A stretch of 34,772 bases of DNA from a virus (lineage: Duplodnaviria; Caudoviricetes), in IMG/VR virus record IMGVR_UViG_3300020045_009801, positions 1-34,772 of that record. One strand, written 5' to 3'. The position numbers were made by a program, and so were the translations under genes. This document shows positions 34,772 through 34,772 of the stretch, one piece after another. Numbering within the stretch: position 1 is the stretch's first letter; each line of letters starts with the position of its first letter. The notes beneath the pieces were generated by a model. That model ran no database searches. It worked only from the letters and a program-made list of their open reading frames with translations, and was not told the DNA's origin.

Positions 34772-34772
34772 C

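Noticed and set aside
1-34772. Stop-codon reassignment as in some crAss-like phages
   Set aside because: Long genes are intact under code 11, and TAG, TGA and TAA all occur at sensible gene ends
1-34772. CRISPR array, DGR/retron, integrase, smpB
   Set aside because: No repeat-spacer array, reverse transcriptase motif, recombinase or SmpB-like ORF seen by eye

Overview
AT-rich fragment of a dsDNA tailed phage that probably infects Bacteroidota (TAnnTTTG-type promoters, A-rich leaders without Shine-Dalgarno, DUF4494/DUF3127/DUF4373-like genes). Almost all genes are on the minus strand. In transcription order (right to left): small accessory genes; a ~1.2 kb non-coding RNA locus (30062-31266); an initiator-based replication/recombination module (SSB-like proteins, DUF4373-like initiator with internal palindromic repeats, AAA helicase, NinG, RecT, PD-(D/E)XK exonuclease, SNF2 helicase, DnaA_C-like HTH); GroES-like genes; three probable surface/receptor-binding genes; then large terminase, ~800 aa portal, an acidic scaffold-like protein and the start of a probable major capsid gene in crAss-like order. 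The first ~750 bp are folded back on an exact 55-bp inverted repeat, most likely an assembly chimera. The main finding is in the non-coding locus: a circularly permuted (two-piece), very compact tmRNA gene (G3:U70 acceptor stem, tag GKTISLFNSEAKVAA) whose intervening sequence holds a CCA-terminated tRNA-like element, followed by further structured RNAs. All family assignments come from motif recognition by eye; no database search or folding program was run.
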